Source: Candidatus Zhuqueibacterota bacterium
Lineage (GTDB): Bacteria > Zhuqueibacterota > Zhuqueibacteria > Residuimicrobiales > Oceaniaggregativiventaceae
DNA: 64,000 bases
Reading direction: 5' to 3'
Assembly (NCBI GenBank): GCA_014728115.1
Contig: WJME01000336.1
Span: 13,563-77,562 of the forward strand
The notes under the pieces were generated by a model that was not told the origin of the DNA, did no database searches, and saw only the letters and a list, made by a program, of their open reading frames with translations. Of the stretch, positions 30,805 through 41,622 are shown in pieces. A program made the translations under genes and the position numbers. Positions within the stretch are counted from its first letter, which is position 1; every line of letters begins with the position of its first letter.

Positions 30805-30842
30805 AGAAGCCTCCTGAAGAACCCGTCTGCAGGAGGCTTTTA
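30805..30842 (-). terminator. Intrinsic terminator after lemA
   Basis: aagcctcctg...caggaggctt hairpin. Confidence 0.6.
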
Positions 30843-30863
30843 AAAAAAAAAGTTTATCGACGA

Positions 30864-31478
30864 TCAGTTAAATTCGACACGAGGAGCTTGCTGCGCCTCT
30901 TCAGGCGCTTCAAAATAAGGTCTGGTTTCAAAACCAAAAAATCCGGCAATGATATTGGTCGGAAACTGGCGCAGCGTCTGATTGTACTCCCGCACCACAT
31001 CATTAAAGCGTCTGCGCTCTACAGCGATACGGTTTTCCGTTCCTGCCAGCTCGTCCTGCAAGCGCAGGAAATTCTGATTCGCCTTGAGCTCGGGGTACCG
31101 TTCTACCACCACCATCAGCCGGGACAGTGCAGATGAGAGCTGATTTTGCGATTCCAGATACTGGTTCATCAGTTGCGGATTTTCCATGAGCGATTCGGCA
31201 TTGACCTGAGTTCTGGTGGCATTGGCACGAGCCTGGATCACCGCTTCCAGAGTCTCTCTCTCGAACGACGCATATCCCTTTACGGTTTCGACCAGATTGG
31301 GAATCAAATCCATACGACGTTGCAAAACATTCTCTACCTGGGCCCAGGCATTGTTGACGCTTTCGTCCAGGGTCACCATCTTGTTATAGGTATTCTTGAA
31401 AGTACTGTAACCGATAATCAACACCAGGACGAGGACAATGACGACCCCGATACATCCGAATTTTAAGCCCTTTGACAT
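30864..31478 (-). CDS. lemA: LemA family protein
   Basis: QRRMDLIPNLVETVKGYA, ERYPELKANQNF, TENRIAVERRRFN. Confidence 0.95.
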   Translation of the reverse strand: MSKGLKFGCIGVVIVLVLVLIIGYSTFKNTYNKMVTLDESVNNAWAQVENVLQRRMDLIPNLVETVKGYASFERETLEAVIQARANATRTQVNAESLMENPQLMNQYLESQNQLSSALSRLMVVVERYPELKANQNFLRLQDELAGTENRIAVERRRFNDVVREYNQTLRQFPTNIIAGFFGFETRPYFEAPEEAQQAPRVEFN

Positions 31479-31488
31479 GATTTTCTCC

Positions 31489-32214
31489 TTATAGCTTGTC
31501 GACTAGCAAAGCACATTTGCGTATTTCATGTATCAATTTTTCAGCGAGTTTAACCAGTTCGGTTTCAGAAGGATCCAGAGAACCCTCTCGCAGAGCCAAC
31601 AAATTTTTGAATACCACCTCATCCAGTTCAAAAACCTGCGCGGTTTTCGGCAGAACCTGCACTCCCTGGCCGGTGACCTCGATATCCTTAAGGGTCAACA
31701 AAGCTGCGAAAATCGAGGTAAACGCCGGGACTGTGGCCTTTAACAGATTTTTCAGAGCCTGTTTCTTGCCCAGGGTGCCCAGAAACTGTTCGCGCAGATG
31801 AAGCAGCTTGCCCTTGATTTGGGCTTCCACCTGTAACCGCAGATGGTTTCTGTCGATATTCAGATGCCCGAGAGCATCTTTGCCATAGACCACCTTGTAA
31901 GCGCTTTTCATGTTCAGAAACTCGATCGGAAAGCTGTCCAGAGATGATTCGATATACTCTGTGGTCACAAAAAGCGGGGTAGCGACATTGCTTTTACGCC
32001 ATTTCTTGACCAGCGGAAAGGCAGCACTCAGGTTTTGAATCCCTTCAAGAGTGAGCACGAGCATGAAATTGATATCGGACTTTTTGCGGATATAGTCCCC
32101 CCTGGCTCCGCTGCCATAGAGGATAATGGATTCCAGCTGATCCCCATAAAGAGAAAGAAAATCCGATTTGAATTCATCAAAAATATCTTCCGGCCTGTTT
32201 GGAATTTTAGCCAT
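31489..32214 (-). CDS. Pol-beta-like nucleotidyltransferase domain protein
   Basis: ILYGSGARGD...SDIN, DSFPIEF, YKVVYGKD. Confidence 0.75.
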   Translation of the reverse strand: MAKIPNRPEDIFDEFKSDFLSLYGDQLESIILYGSGARGDYIRKKSDINFMLVLTLEGIQNLSAAFPLVKKWRKSNVATPLFVTTEYIESSLDSFPIEFLNMKSAYKVVYGKDALGHLNIDRNHLRLQVEAQIKGKLLHLREQFLGTLGKKQALKNLLKATVPAFTSIFAALLTLKDIEVTGQGVQVLPKTAQVFELDEVVFKNLLALREGSLDPSETELVKLAEKLIHEIRKCALLVDKL

Positions 32215-32491
32215 AATATTCTCCAATGTCAGTTAGCAGCCCAAAAATTTCTCATACGAGTCGGTAGGACGCCAAGGATTAAAGGTAAAATTTATAACAA
32301 ATTGTTTATTCATAGATTTATCCAACCCATTACATATAACCAAAGTTAAAGGAGCAGTAGAATAGAACTATTTTTTTCTTTGCGGCCTGGCGTCTGTGCG
32401 AAAGAACAAACTCTGCATTTATCTGTTTCCTTTGGGATCTCTAAAATTCCGGATTCGACCGATCCCTTAAATTCGATCCTTGACACAAATT

Positions 32492-33271
32492 CTAATATCC
32501 GCCGCTGGCGCCGCCACCGCCGGACATGCCGCCGCCGAATCCTCCGAACCCGCCGCCACCGCCGAACCCGCCACCAAAGCCACCGGAACCGAATCCTCCT
32601 CCAAAGCCGGAATGACCACGGTTTCCACCGCCCAGGGCACTAAAAATCAGGAAAGGAAAGATCCCCCGCCGGCCAAAAACAAGAAAAAACAAAATAATAG
32701 CAATGATCGAACACAAACCGCCAAAAGGAGAATCATCTCCTTGCGATCGGGATTCGCGTCGTACTCGTGCGGGAATCTCACCGGAAAGCTCTACTCCGGC
32801 ATCCTGCGCCACCATGGCTGCGATGGTCTGAGACGCTTGCAAAAATCCCTGACCGAAATTACCTTGCCTTAAATACGGAGCCATATCCTGCCGAATGATA
32901 TCTCCGGCCCGGGCATCGTTGATCAGGTATTCCAATCCGTATCCCACCTCGATGCGGATCTTGCGAATACCCGTGACGTTGAGAATCAGGACTCCCCGGT
33001 CCTCTCCTCTGAGGCCGATCCCCCAGGTCTCATAAAGACGTACCGCATAATCCTCGAATGCATCATCCGGAACCGACTCGATCGTAACGATGACCAGTGC
33101 GCTGTTTGTCTTTTCCCACAACTCGGTGGCCAGCTGCTCTATTTGCTTTTCGTAATTGGCAGGAATGACATTGGCAAAATCATTCACAGCACCCTGATGT
33201 TGCGGAAAATCCTGGGCAAACAGGGCATGAGCACTGAAAAATAATCCGATGAATAAAATCCACTTTTTCAT
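32492..33271 (-). CDS. TPM-domain (YgcG-like) protein with Gly-rich tail
   Basis: VNDFANVI, WGIG, RIEVGYGLE, TM helix, GGFGGG tail. Confidence 0.9.
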   Translation of the reverse strand: MKKWILFIGLFFSAHALFAQDFPQHQGAVNDFANVIPANYEKQIEQLATELWEKTNSALVIVTIESVPDDAFEDYAVRLYETWGIGLRGEDRGVLILNVTGIRKIRIEVGYGLEYLINDARAGDIIRQDMAPYLRQGNFGQGFLQASQTIAAMVAQDAGVELSGEIPARVRRESRSQGDDSPFGGLCSIIAIILFFLVFGRRGIFPFLIFSALGGGNRGHSGFGGGFGSGGFGGGFGGGGGFGGFGGGMSGGGGASGGY

Positions 33272-33356
33272 ATCTTGTCGCCTTGTTTCGCGTGATTGTC
33301 AAGTCATAAATTACGGCGAAAGTTTGGGAAAATCAAGCACCGGTTTAAAAGATGCA

Positions 33357-33392
33357 AAAAAAAAAGGCAGCCATGTAGCGTAGGGCTGCCTT
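33357..33392 (-). terminator. Intrinsic terminator after sdhB
   Basis: aaggcagcc...ggctgcctt hairpin followed by a long T-run on the minus strand. Confidence 0.75.
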
Positions 33393-33438
33393 GAAAAACA
33401 TTCAAGCGCTCGAGGATAATTCCCATTGATTTGCATCG

Positions 33439-34191
33439 TTAATAAGGAATAGCTTTAAAGGCCTCGCGTCGCATGATCGCAATACTGCGGATCGAGATAG
33501 ATTTTGGACATACGGCCTCACATTCCGCATGATTGGAGCAATTGCCAAAGCTGGAGGCGTCCATGGCACCGACCATTTGCTGCACGCGTTTGGCCCGCTC
33601 CGGATGTCCCTGAGGCAAGAGAGCAAACTGGGCGATCTTGGCAGCTCCGAACAGCGCAGCCGAGGCATTGGGACAAGCAGCGATACAGGCGCCGCAGCCA
33701 ATGCAGGTGGCATAATCAAAGGCCTCCTCAGCTGTTTCTGTGGCAATGGGGATATTGTTGGCATCCGGTGCACTGCCGGTATTGACCGACACATAGCCTC
33801 CGGCACGAATGATCGTATCCATGGCCTCGCGATCCACAACCAGATCTTTGATGATCTTGAATGCCTTGGCGCGAAAAGGCTCGATCACCATCTCGTCACC
33901 GTCCTTATAGTGCCGCATGTGCAACTGGCAGGTGGCGGTGCGTTTTTCCGGCCCATGTGCGGTACCATCGATGACCACACCACAGGATCCACATATCCCT
34001 TCCCGGCAATCGCTGTCAATAGCCACCGGGTCTCTGCCTTCTTTTTGCAATCCTTCGTTCAGCACATCGATCATCTCCAGAAATGACATATGCGGAGAGA
34101 CGTCAGGCACCTCATAGGATTCCAGACGGCCTTTGTGCCCGGCATCCTGCTGGCGCCATATCTTTAATTTTATTTTCATATTCTCACTCAT
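33439..34191 (-). CDS. sdhB: Succinate dehydrogenase/fumarate reductase iron-sulfur subunit
   Basis: CREGICGSC, CIGCGACIAACP, CSNHAECEAVCP; start MSENMK after ggag. Confidence 0.95.
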   Translation of the reverse strand: MSENMKIKLKIWRQQDAGHKGRLESYEVPDVSPHMSFLEMIDVLNEGLQKEGRDPVAIDSDCREGICGSCGVVIDGTAHGPEKRTATCQLHMRHYKDGDEMVIEPFRAKAFKIIKDLVVDREAMDTIIRAGGYVSVNTGSAPDANNIPIATETAEEAFDYATCIGCGACIAACPNASAALFGAAKIAQFALLPQGHPERAKRVQQMVGAMDASSFGNCSNHAECEAVCPKSISIRSIAIMRREAFKAIPY

Positions 34192-34201
34192 AGACAACTC
34201 C

Positions 34202-36115
<1,914 letters not shown>

Positions 36116-36116
36116 A

Positions 36117-36806
36117 TCAACCTCCGAAATATAATATCACAGGAATCGACACATACCCGGCCGCGATCACCACAGCCAGAACGATACCGGCGCTATAAAT
36201 GACCGGCGTCAAACGCGGATGATGCACACCCAGCGTCTGAAAGGCACTCCAAAAACCGTGTCGCAGGTGAAAAAAGACCCAGATCAATCCGACGATATAA
36301 GCCAGCGAAATCCACGGATTCTGGAAACTGGTCATGACCAGGGTGGAAAAGGCCCGAATAGGCTCACCGTCCACCATGACCGTATACTCTTTACCGCCAA
36401 AGATCGCATATTTGAAATGCAAAACATGCAACACCACAAACACCAGAATGACGAGTCCGGAATAAATCATGGTCTTGGAGGAAAAATTCTTTTTACTGGG
36501 CGAACCGGCATCCCTGACCCTCTCGTAACGATCAGGCCGGGCACTGCGGTTTTGTAATGTGATGACCACAGCAAGATAGATATGAACCAGAAAGACCAGA
36601 GCCAGAGCAATCTCTATTGCGATCAGCAACGGTCCAAGCGAGAGCAGGGTATGTGCATACACATCCAGTGCTTGCGGATTGTCGCCAAGGATTAAAAGGT
36701 TGGCCGACAAATGCATGATCAGATAACCCAGCAATCCGAGACCAAAAAGCGCCAGCACCATTTTCCGCCCCACTGAGGACCGAAAATAAACGAGTCGTTG
36801 AGTCAT
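36117..36806 (-). CDS. sdhC: Succinate dehydrogenase cytochrome b subunit
   Basis: Five TM segments with His ligands, [20 protein letters not shown]; immediately upstream of sdhA. Confidence 0.92.
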   Translation of the reverse strand: MTQRLVYFRSSVGRKMVLALFGLGLLGYLIMHLSANLLILGDNPQALDVYAHTLLSLGPLLIAIEIALALVFLVHIYLAVVITLQNRSARPDRYERVRDAGSPSKKNFSSKTMIYSGLVILVFVVLHVLHFKYAIFGGKEYTVMVDGEPIRAFSTLVMTSFQNPWISLAYIVGLIWVFFHLRHGFWSAFQTLGVHHPRLTPVIYSAGIVLAVVIAAGYVSIPVILYFGG

Positions 36807-36967
36807 AATTGCCTCTTGAAATGATTGATGTGGAAGGGATCAAGTGTTGAGGTTTTTCTATAATACGCATTAATCGAAACAGGATCAAGGAGGAATTGGA
36901 TCGCATATCGATATTACGATAAATTGCGTCAATGGGCTTTGGGATTTGAGAGGGAGTGAGGGGAGGT

Positions 36968-37804
36968 TTATTTTTCCAGTTGAAGGACGATGGCCCAATA
37001 GAGTTTTGACAAGACAGGGAAATGGTTGACAAGCCAAACATCCATTTTGTCAAGTGTGGTTTCGAATCTTTTTATTCCAGGGAACCGGGTGAGTTTTCTC
37101 AGAAAGAGAAAATATTCCATGTGCAGGATACTGAAATTTTCCGCAAATCCCTGGATATCTCTGTCTGTGAGCTGGGATCCGCCCGGGGATTCATAGCATC
37201 TTGTCGGGATCAGACTGCGTATGTGAATCAACCCCTTGTACGGAATTCGGGGTTCGAGAAATAGGGCTTTTCCGCCAGGCTTTAAAACCCGGGAGATCTC
37301 TTTGCTTGCGAGGTCGAGGTTCAGGTGGTGCAGGATGCCCATACCCACGACATAATCAAAGGTCTGGTCAGGAAATTCGAGATTCTGTGCCGACATGAGC
37401 CGGGCCTGTATAAGGTGCTGCACCTGATTGAACCCGGCATTTTTTTGGGTGAGCTCGATCATTTTGGGCGAGATATCGATGCTATCGAGCCTGGCACCTC
37501 TTTTGGCGAGATTTACCGAACTGAATCCATACCCGCATCCGATGTCGAGAATCCGCTTGCCTTTGACCCGTTCCAGTCGAGAATAAAAAAATCTATGGCT
37601 GAGGGGCATGGGCTCATCCGGATCATAACGGAAAATATCGCTTTCGAAATCCCGCAGATATTTCTCAGCTTCAGTATCATAAAACTCTCTCTCGAGCCGG
37701 TCCTTGAGCTCTAGATTTTCCGATCGTTTCAACGGATTGTCATACGACGCCCGAATGCGCCTGCCATTCTCGCAATATGCTCTGATTCGCCTGCCGAGAT
37801 TCAT
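36968..37804 (-). CDS. Class I SAM-dependent methyltransferase
   Basis: ILDIGCGYG, IDISP, FDYVV, LHHL, RVLKPGG. Confidence 0.88.
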   Translation of the reverse strand: MNLGRRIRAYCENGRRIRASYDNPLKRSENLELKDRLEREFYDTEAEKYLRDFESDIFRYDPDEPMPLSHRFFYSRLERVKGKRILDIGCGYGFSSVNLAKRGARLDSIDISPKMIELTQKNAGFNQVQHLIQARLMSAQNLEFPDQTFDYVVGMGILHHLNLDLASKEISRVLKPGGKALFLEPRIPYKGLIHIRSLIPTRCYESPGGSQLTDRDIQGFAENFSILHMEYFLFLRKLTRFPGIKRFETTLDKMDVWLVNHFPVLSKLYWAIVLQLEK

Positions 37805-37959
37805 TATTCTCCTCGAGTTCTACCACGCCAGTGTCCGATTTTTTATTGACCACCATGGGAAACAAAGGGACAGAAAGATATAAACTCCTTTATCACATGG
37901 TCTCCTGTTCCCTCCGTCACTTTGTCTCTTCGTCTCTTCCTCACTCACTCCTTCACATA

Positions 37960-39720
37960 TCACAACTCGATCTCTTTACCCAAAATCCCTCCGCGGACAG
38001 AATCAACCCTGATCATCGCACGGTCATTTCCCTTGACGATCCATCGTACCTGCACCGTGTCCATACCCTTGATCGTTTCCACGTGGAGGGTCCCGGGATG
38101 GTGGGTCTGTTCCTGTACATGTTTGAGGTATGGATCGAGAACTGTGAATCCGGTGATCACCTGCATGTCATCCCCGGTTATCGAGACGCGATCCGGAAGA
38201 GTAATGCCGTTTTTCACATCCCAGTCCGAGCGGGTAGGAATGATGCGCTGATTATGCACAATAACATCGACTTGCAACAGCCCATCTTTCAGCTCTTTTA
38301 CATGTACGGAATCGATGGCGAGTTTGGGCATCTGGTCGGCATGAAACAGGGTAAAGGCCATATTGCGATGGCACATCTCTTCGATCAGAAACGATGGAGC
38401 TGTGCGCGTCCAGTTCTTTTTGACACCCCCAATCTCGATCTTGCCATATTGTGGATGGTCGATGGGCGTCCATTCGACAATCCCTTCCCCAAAGAGCAGC
38501 AGGCGGTCGAAACGATAGACATCTTTTTGGCGACCGAACCAGCCCTGTTCGTTGTTTTCATCCTTGAACATATTCAGGGAACTCCACAGTTCGTTCGTGA
38601 ATGTATAGATTCCCCGGCCGCCATAGAGCCAGTCCAGTTCCCCGCCGACCGCAGAATACATGTCTTTATATAGCACGACATAGCGATAAAACGGCAAGAT
38701 TTCCTCACCCTTTTGGGCCAAAAAATCATAAATCTGCGTATCTTCACGGGTATAGACCTCGGTATCGGCTTTGCTGCCCGGTCCCCGAACAAACATACCG
38801 CCCGAGTTGTGATAGGACTGGGCTCCGGCAATATTGGGGTGGTCGACGACAAATTCGGCCACAGCCCGGTTTTCAGGAATGGAGAACGGATACTGATCCG
38901 ACCCGTATTGAATATATTCCGGCACCCAGCTAAACGCCCAGTTGCGGTTAGGATCATAGTACCCTGGCCCATCTTCATTGATCCGGCCATCGCCGTCGTT
39001 ATCCTTGCCTTCCCATCCCAGGATCGTATACTTGCCGGGCTGGTCCGGCTCAGCTCGCTTGAGCATGCGCGGGTGTTCGGGATCCTCGATATATCGCCCG
39101 GCTGGATCGAGCTTGCGCATCTGAACGATCGAGCCGTCATTGTTCAGGTCATCATAGCCGTCTTCATCTACCAGGCCATCGCCGTCATCATCTCTGGGCA
39201 GCATCCCCGAACGGGGTGAATGAGGGGTATTGGGATGGTGGATAAACCAGTCCCGCGCATCGGGATTGATCGTAGGCACGATATAAAACACGACCCGGTC
39301 GAGCAGGTCGGTGATCCACTCGATTTTGCCATATGACTCGGTCAGATACCATGCGGTATACAGCGCCACCTCGCTGCCCTGAATCTCGTTCGAATGAATA
39401 TTGCCATCGATATAGAATCCGGGTTTGTTTTCGGGGTTTCCGCCCTGTTTAGAGGTCACCGTAAGCAGATAAAGAGGCTGGCCTTGAACAGATTCACCGA
39501 TCGTAGAACGCGATACCAGATCCGGATAAGCAATGGCGATGCGTTCGCCAATGTCGGCCAGTTCCTGAGAGTCATAATAGCGATTCCACACGATACTGAC
39601 TTTTGGGTCATTGGGCGCACCCATGGCCTTGAAGCTGCTCTGCACCGGCACCTGATTTTGGGCCAGGGCCAGGCTGGCCAGTAGAAAAAGTATGCTCGAA
39701 ATATATGTGAATGTTTTCAT
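37960..39720 (-). CDS. Secreted M14 zinc carboxypeptidase family protein with intact motifs
   Basis: GNIHSNE (HxxE), NPDAR, NRN, SYH; DDDGDGLVDED Ca-binding-like inserts; start MKTF after gagga. Confidence 0.85.
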   Translation of the reverse strand: MKTFTYISSILFLLASLALAQNQVPVQSSFKAMGAPNDPKVSIVWNRYYDSQELADIGERIAIAYPDLVSRSTIGESVQGQPLYLLTVTSKQGGNPENKPGFYIDGNIHSNEIQGSEVALYTAWYLTESYGKIEWITDLLDRVVFYIVPTINPDARDWFIHHPNTPHSPRSGMLPRDDDGDGLVDEDGYDDLNNDGSIVQMRKLDPAGRYIEDPEHPRMLKRAEPDQPGKYTILGWEGKDNDGDGRINEDGPGYYDPNRNWAFSWVPEYIQYGSDQYPFSIPENRAVAEFVVDHPNIAGAQSYHNSGGMFVRGPGSKADTEVYTREDTQIYDFLAQKGEEILPFYRYVVLYKDMYSAVGGELDWLYGGRGIYTFTNELWSSLNMFKDENNEQGWFGRQKDVYRFDRLLLFGEGIVEWTPIDHPQYGKIEIGGVKKNWTRTAPSFLIEEMCHRNMAFTLFHADQMPKLAIDSVHVKELKDGLLQVDVIVHNQRIIPTRSDWDVKNGITLPDRVSITGDDMQVITGFTVLDPYLKHVQEQTHHPGTLHVETIKGMDTVQVRWIVKGNDRAMIRVDSVRGGILGKEIEL

Positions 39721-39763
39721 AAAATCCTCATTTGATCTCATCATAAATCCTGACAACAACCGG

Positions 39764-41419
39764 CTAGTCATTTTTCAGTTCCAACAGATATTCAGCACGA
39801 CCTGCAGCAGGCGATTCGGCCAGCAACCGGAGATCGTTTTGACGGGTTTGCAGTACCCACTCTATTTTGTCGTGGCTGCTGAACCCCTCCAGCCGGTCGA
39901 GCGTCAGTCGCTCCTGGCCGCTGATCAGACGGCCACCGGACGGCAGCTCGATGCTGACTCTGATCTTGGGCACCCATTTCATACGGCTGCCGATCTCGCT
40001 GGCTGTGGGCAAAAAACCACTGTTATGCAGAACCGCTTCGATACGGTAGACATTTTCCCCCAGAGAAACAGCGCGTACATGATCCCACTGCAGCTGTGGC
40101 CGCAAATCGACAAATTGCGACAGCAGAGATTCATGCTTTTCAGCCAGGGCATCGAGAGAATCTGCTGGAGGCACAAAACCGAAAAAGGGATGAAATCCCC
40201 CCACCCTGACCGTACGACCGGGGAAATCCTCATGTTCGATGGATTTCCAGGCTGTAAAGCCATCGCCGATGTGCCGGCTATACTGGATCCACCGGCGTTT
40301 TTGTTGCAGATCGTTATCCTCGGTCTTGACTGAATCTTTGGAAACCTGCGGTGGCCACCACGCCGATGCCGCGACGGAATAGCGTCCGGTGTGGAAATAA
40401 GCCCATTCCGGCAGTGCCCCTTGTCCGAATTGCGCTTCCGGGGCATTCTCGGGCTTGAGAGTATCCTGGTAGAGCCGAGTCATATAACGATAATAGGAAG
40501 CGTCTGCCGCCGGGACGAGCTTGAGATCTTTTTTGACATCGCGATCCGGTTCACCTGCGTGCTCATTTTTTTCAGCTTTCCAGGGCTCGATGAGATTGTG
40601 ATGACGCGAAAATGAATACACCATAAAAATATTGGCATGGCTGAACACAAAATCCGCCACAGCCTTGCTCTCCAACTCGCTCATCTGAAAAAGGCCGCTG
40701 TGCTTGGCGAAAAAAGGATAATCATAGGTGAAATTCTTGTTGAGATCCACCCCACCCACCGGATCTTCATCGATCTTGCCGTCTTTGTCATTGTCTTTGC
40801 CTTCGGGCAAGAGTTTATAGCGGCCGGTTTCGCCCTTTTCCTTGTCTGCTTTACGCATGATTTCGGGATAGAGAGAATCAGCCATCCACTCGCCGGCCGG
40901 GTCCTCGATCAGCATCCACGTGATCAGGCCATCACCATCGAGGTCGTCATGCCCGTCTTCATCGATACGCGCATCTCGGTCATCGTCATAGGCATGGCCA
41001 TTGATAAACGATTCGCTCTGTGGTACGGCAAAATAGGCCATGGCGGCATCAGGATTCAATCTGGGAATCCAGTAAAAGGTCACGGAATCCAACAATGCCG
41101 GATTGGATTGCAGGTTTTCCGCCCACGTTTCGATGACTCGCAAAGCGATTTCGGTGCTGGTGAGATCCGGGCCCTCGAGTCCGGAGATATATAGCACCGC
41201 CGGATGCGTCTGTGCCTCTGGTGTACCCAGAGTCAACAGCCAGATATCATGTCCCGCCGGACTCTTTGTCAGCGATTGCACGGTCATGATCTCTGTGAAT
41301 CGTTCTCGCATCTGCATGACCTTTTTTGTCAGTTGCTGTTGTGTGTGGATATCCTGAGCCGTCGCAGTGACTGTCATAAGCGATAGAATCATCAGGATAC
41401 CGAGCCATTTTCTGGCCAT
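39764..41419 (-). CDS. Secreted M14 carboxypeptidase-like paralog with degenerate zinc ligands
   Basis: Same scaffold (NPDA, DDDRDARIDED, DLNKNF), but HxxE is replaced by EGPD and SYH by SFS. Confidence 0.8.
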   Translation of the reverse strand: MARKWLGILMILSLMTVTATAQDIHTQQQLTKKVMQMRERFTEIMTVQSLTKSPAGHDIWLLTLGTPEAQTHPAVLYISGLEGPDLTSTEIALRVIETWAENLQSNPALLDSVTFYWIPRLNPDAAMAYFAVPQSESFINGHAYDDDRDARIDEDGHDDLDGDGLITWMLIEDPAGEWMADSLYPEIMRKADKEKGETGRYKLLPEGKDNDKDGKIDEDPVGGVDLNKNFTYDYPFFAKHSGLFQMSELESKAVADFVFSHANIFMVYSFSRHHNLIEPWKAEKNEHAGEPDRDVKKDLKLVPAADASYYRYMTRLYQDTLKPENAPEAQFGQGALPEWAYFHTGRYSVAASAWWPPQVSKDSVKTEDNDLQQKRRWIQYSRHIGDGFTAWKSIEHEDFPGRTVRVGGFHPFFGFVPPADSLDALAEKHESLLSQFVDLRPQLQWDHVRAVSLGENVYRIEAVLHNSGFLPTASEIGSRMKWVPKIRVSIELPSGGRLISGQERLTLDRLEGFSSHDKIEWVLQTRQNDLRLLAESPAAGRAEYLLELKND

Positions 41420-41622
41420 GTTTCTTCCTTTCTGCTTGCCGATCCTGTTAGAATCAGCGGTTCTATCATCATCGGTTAATAGTTAAACGCAAAGAGAATT
41501 CAATGCTTGTATATTATTCTAGGTTGATTGTATGATTTTGCTACATTGACACATACCGTGCCTTTATTATTTAGAACTGTCGAAAATAACGACTGTACAT
41601 GGAAAATACAAGGAGAAAACCC

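Noticed and set aside
32495-32615. GC-rich tandem repeats (ccgccacc/ccgaa)
   Set aside because: They encode the normal Gly-rich tail of the TPM-domain protein.
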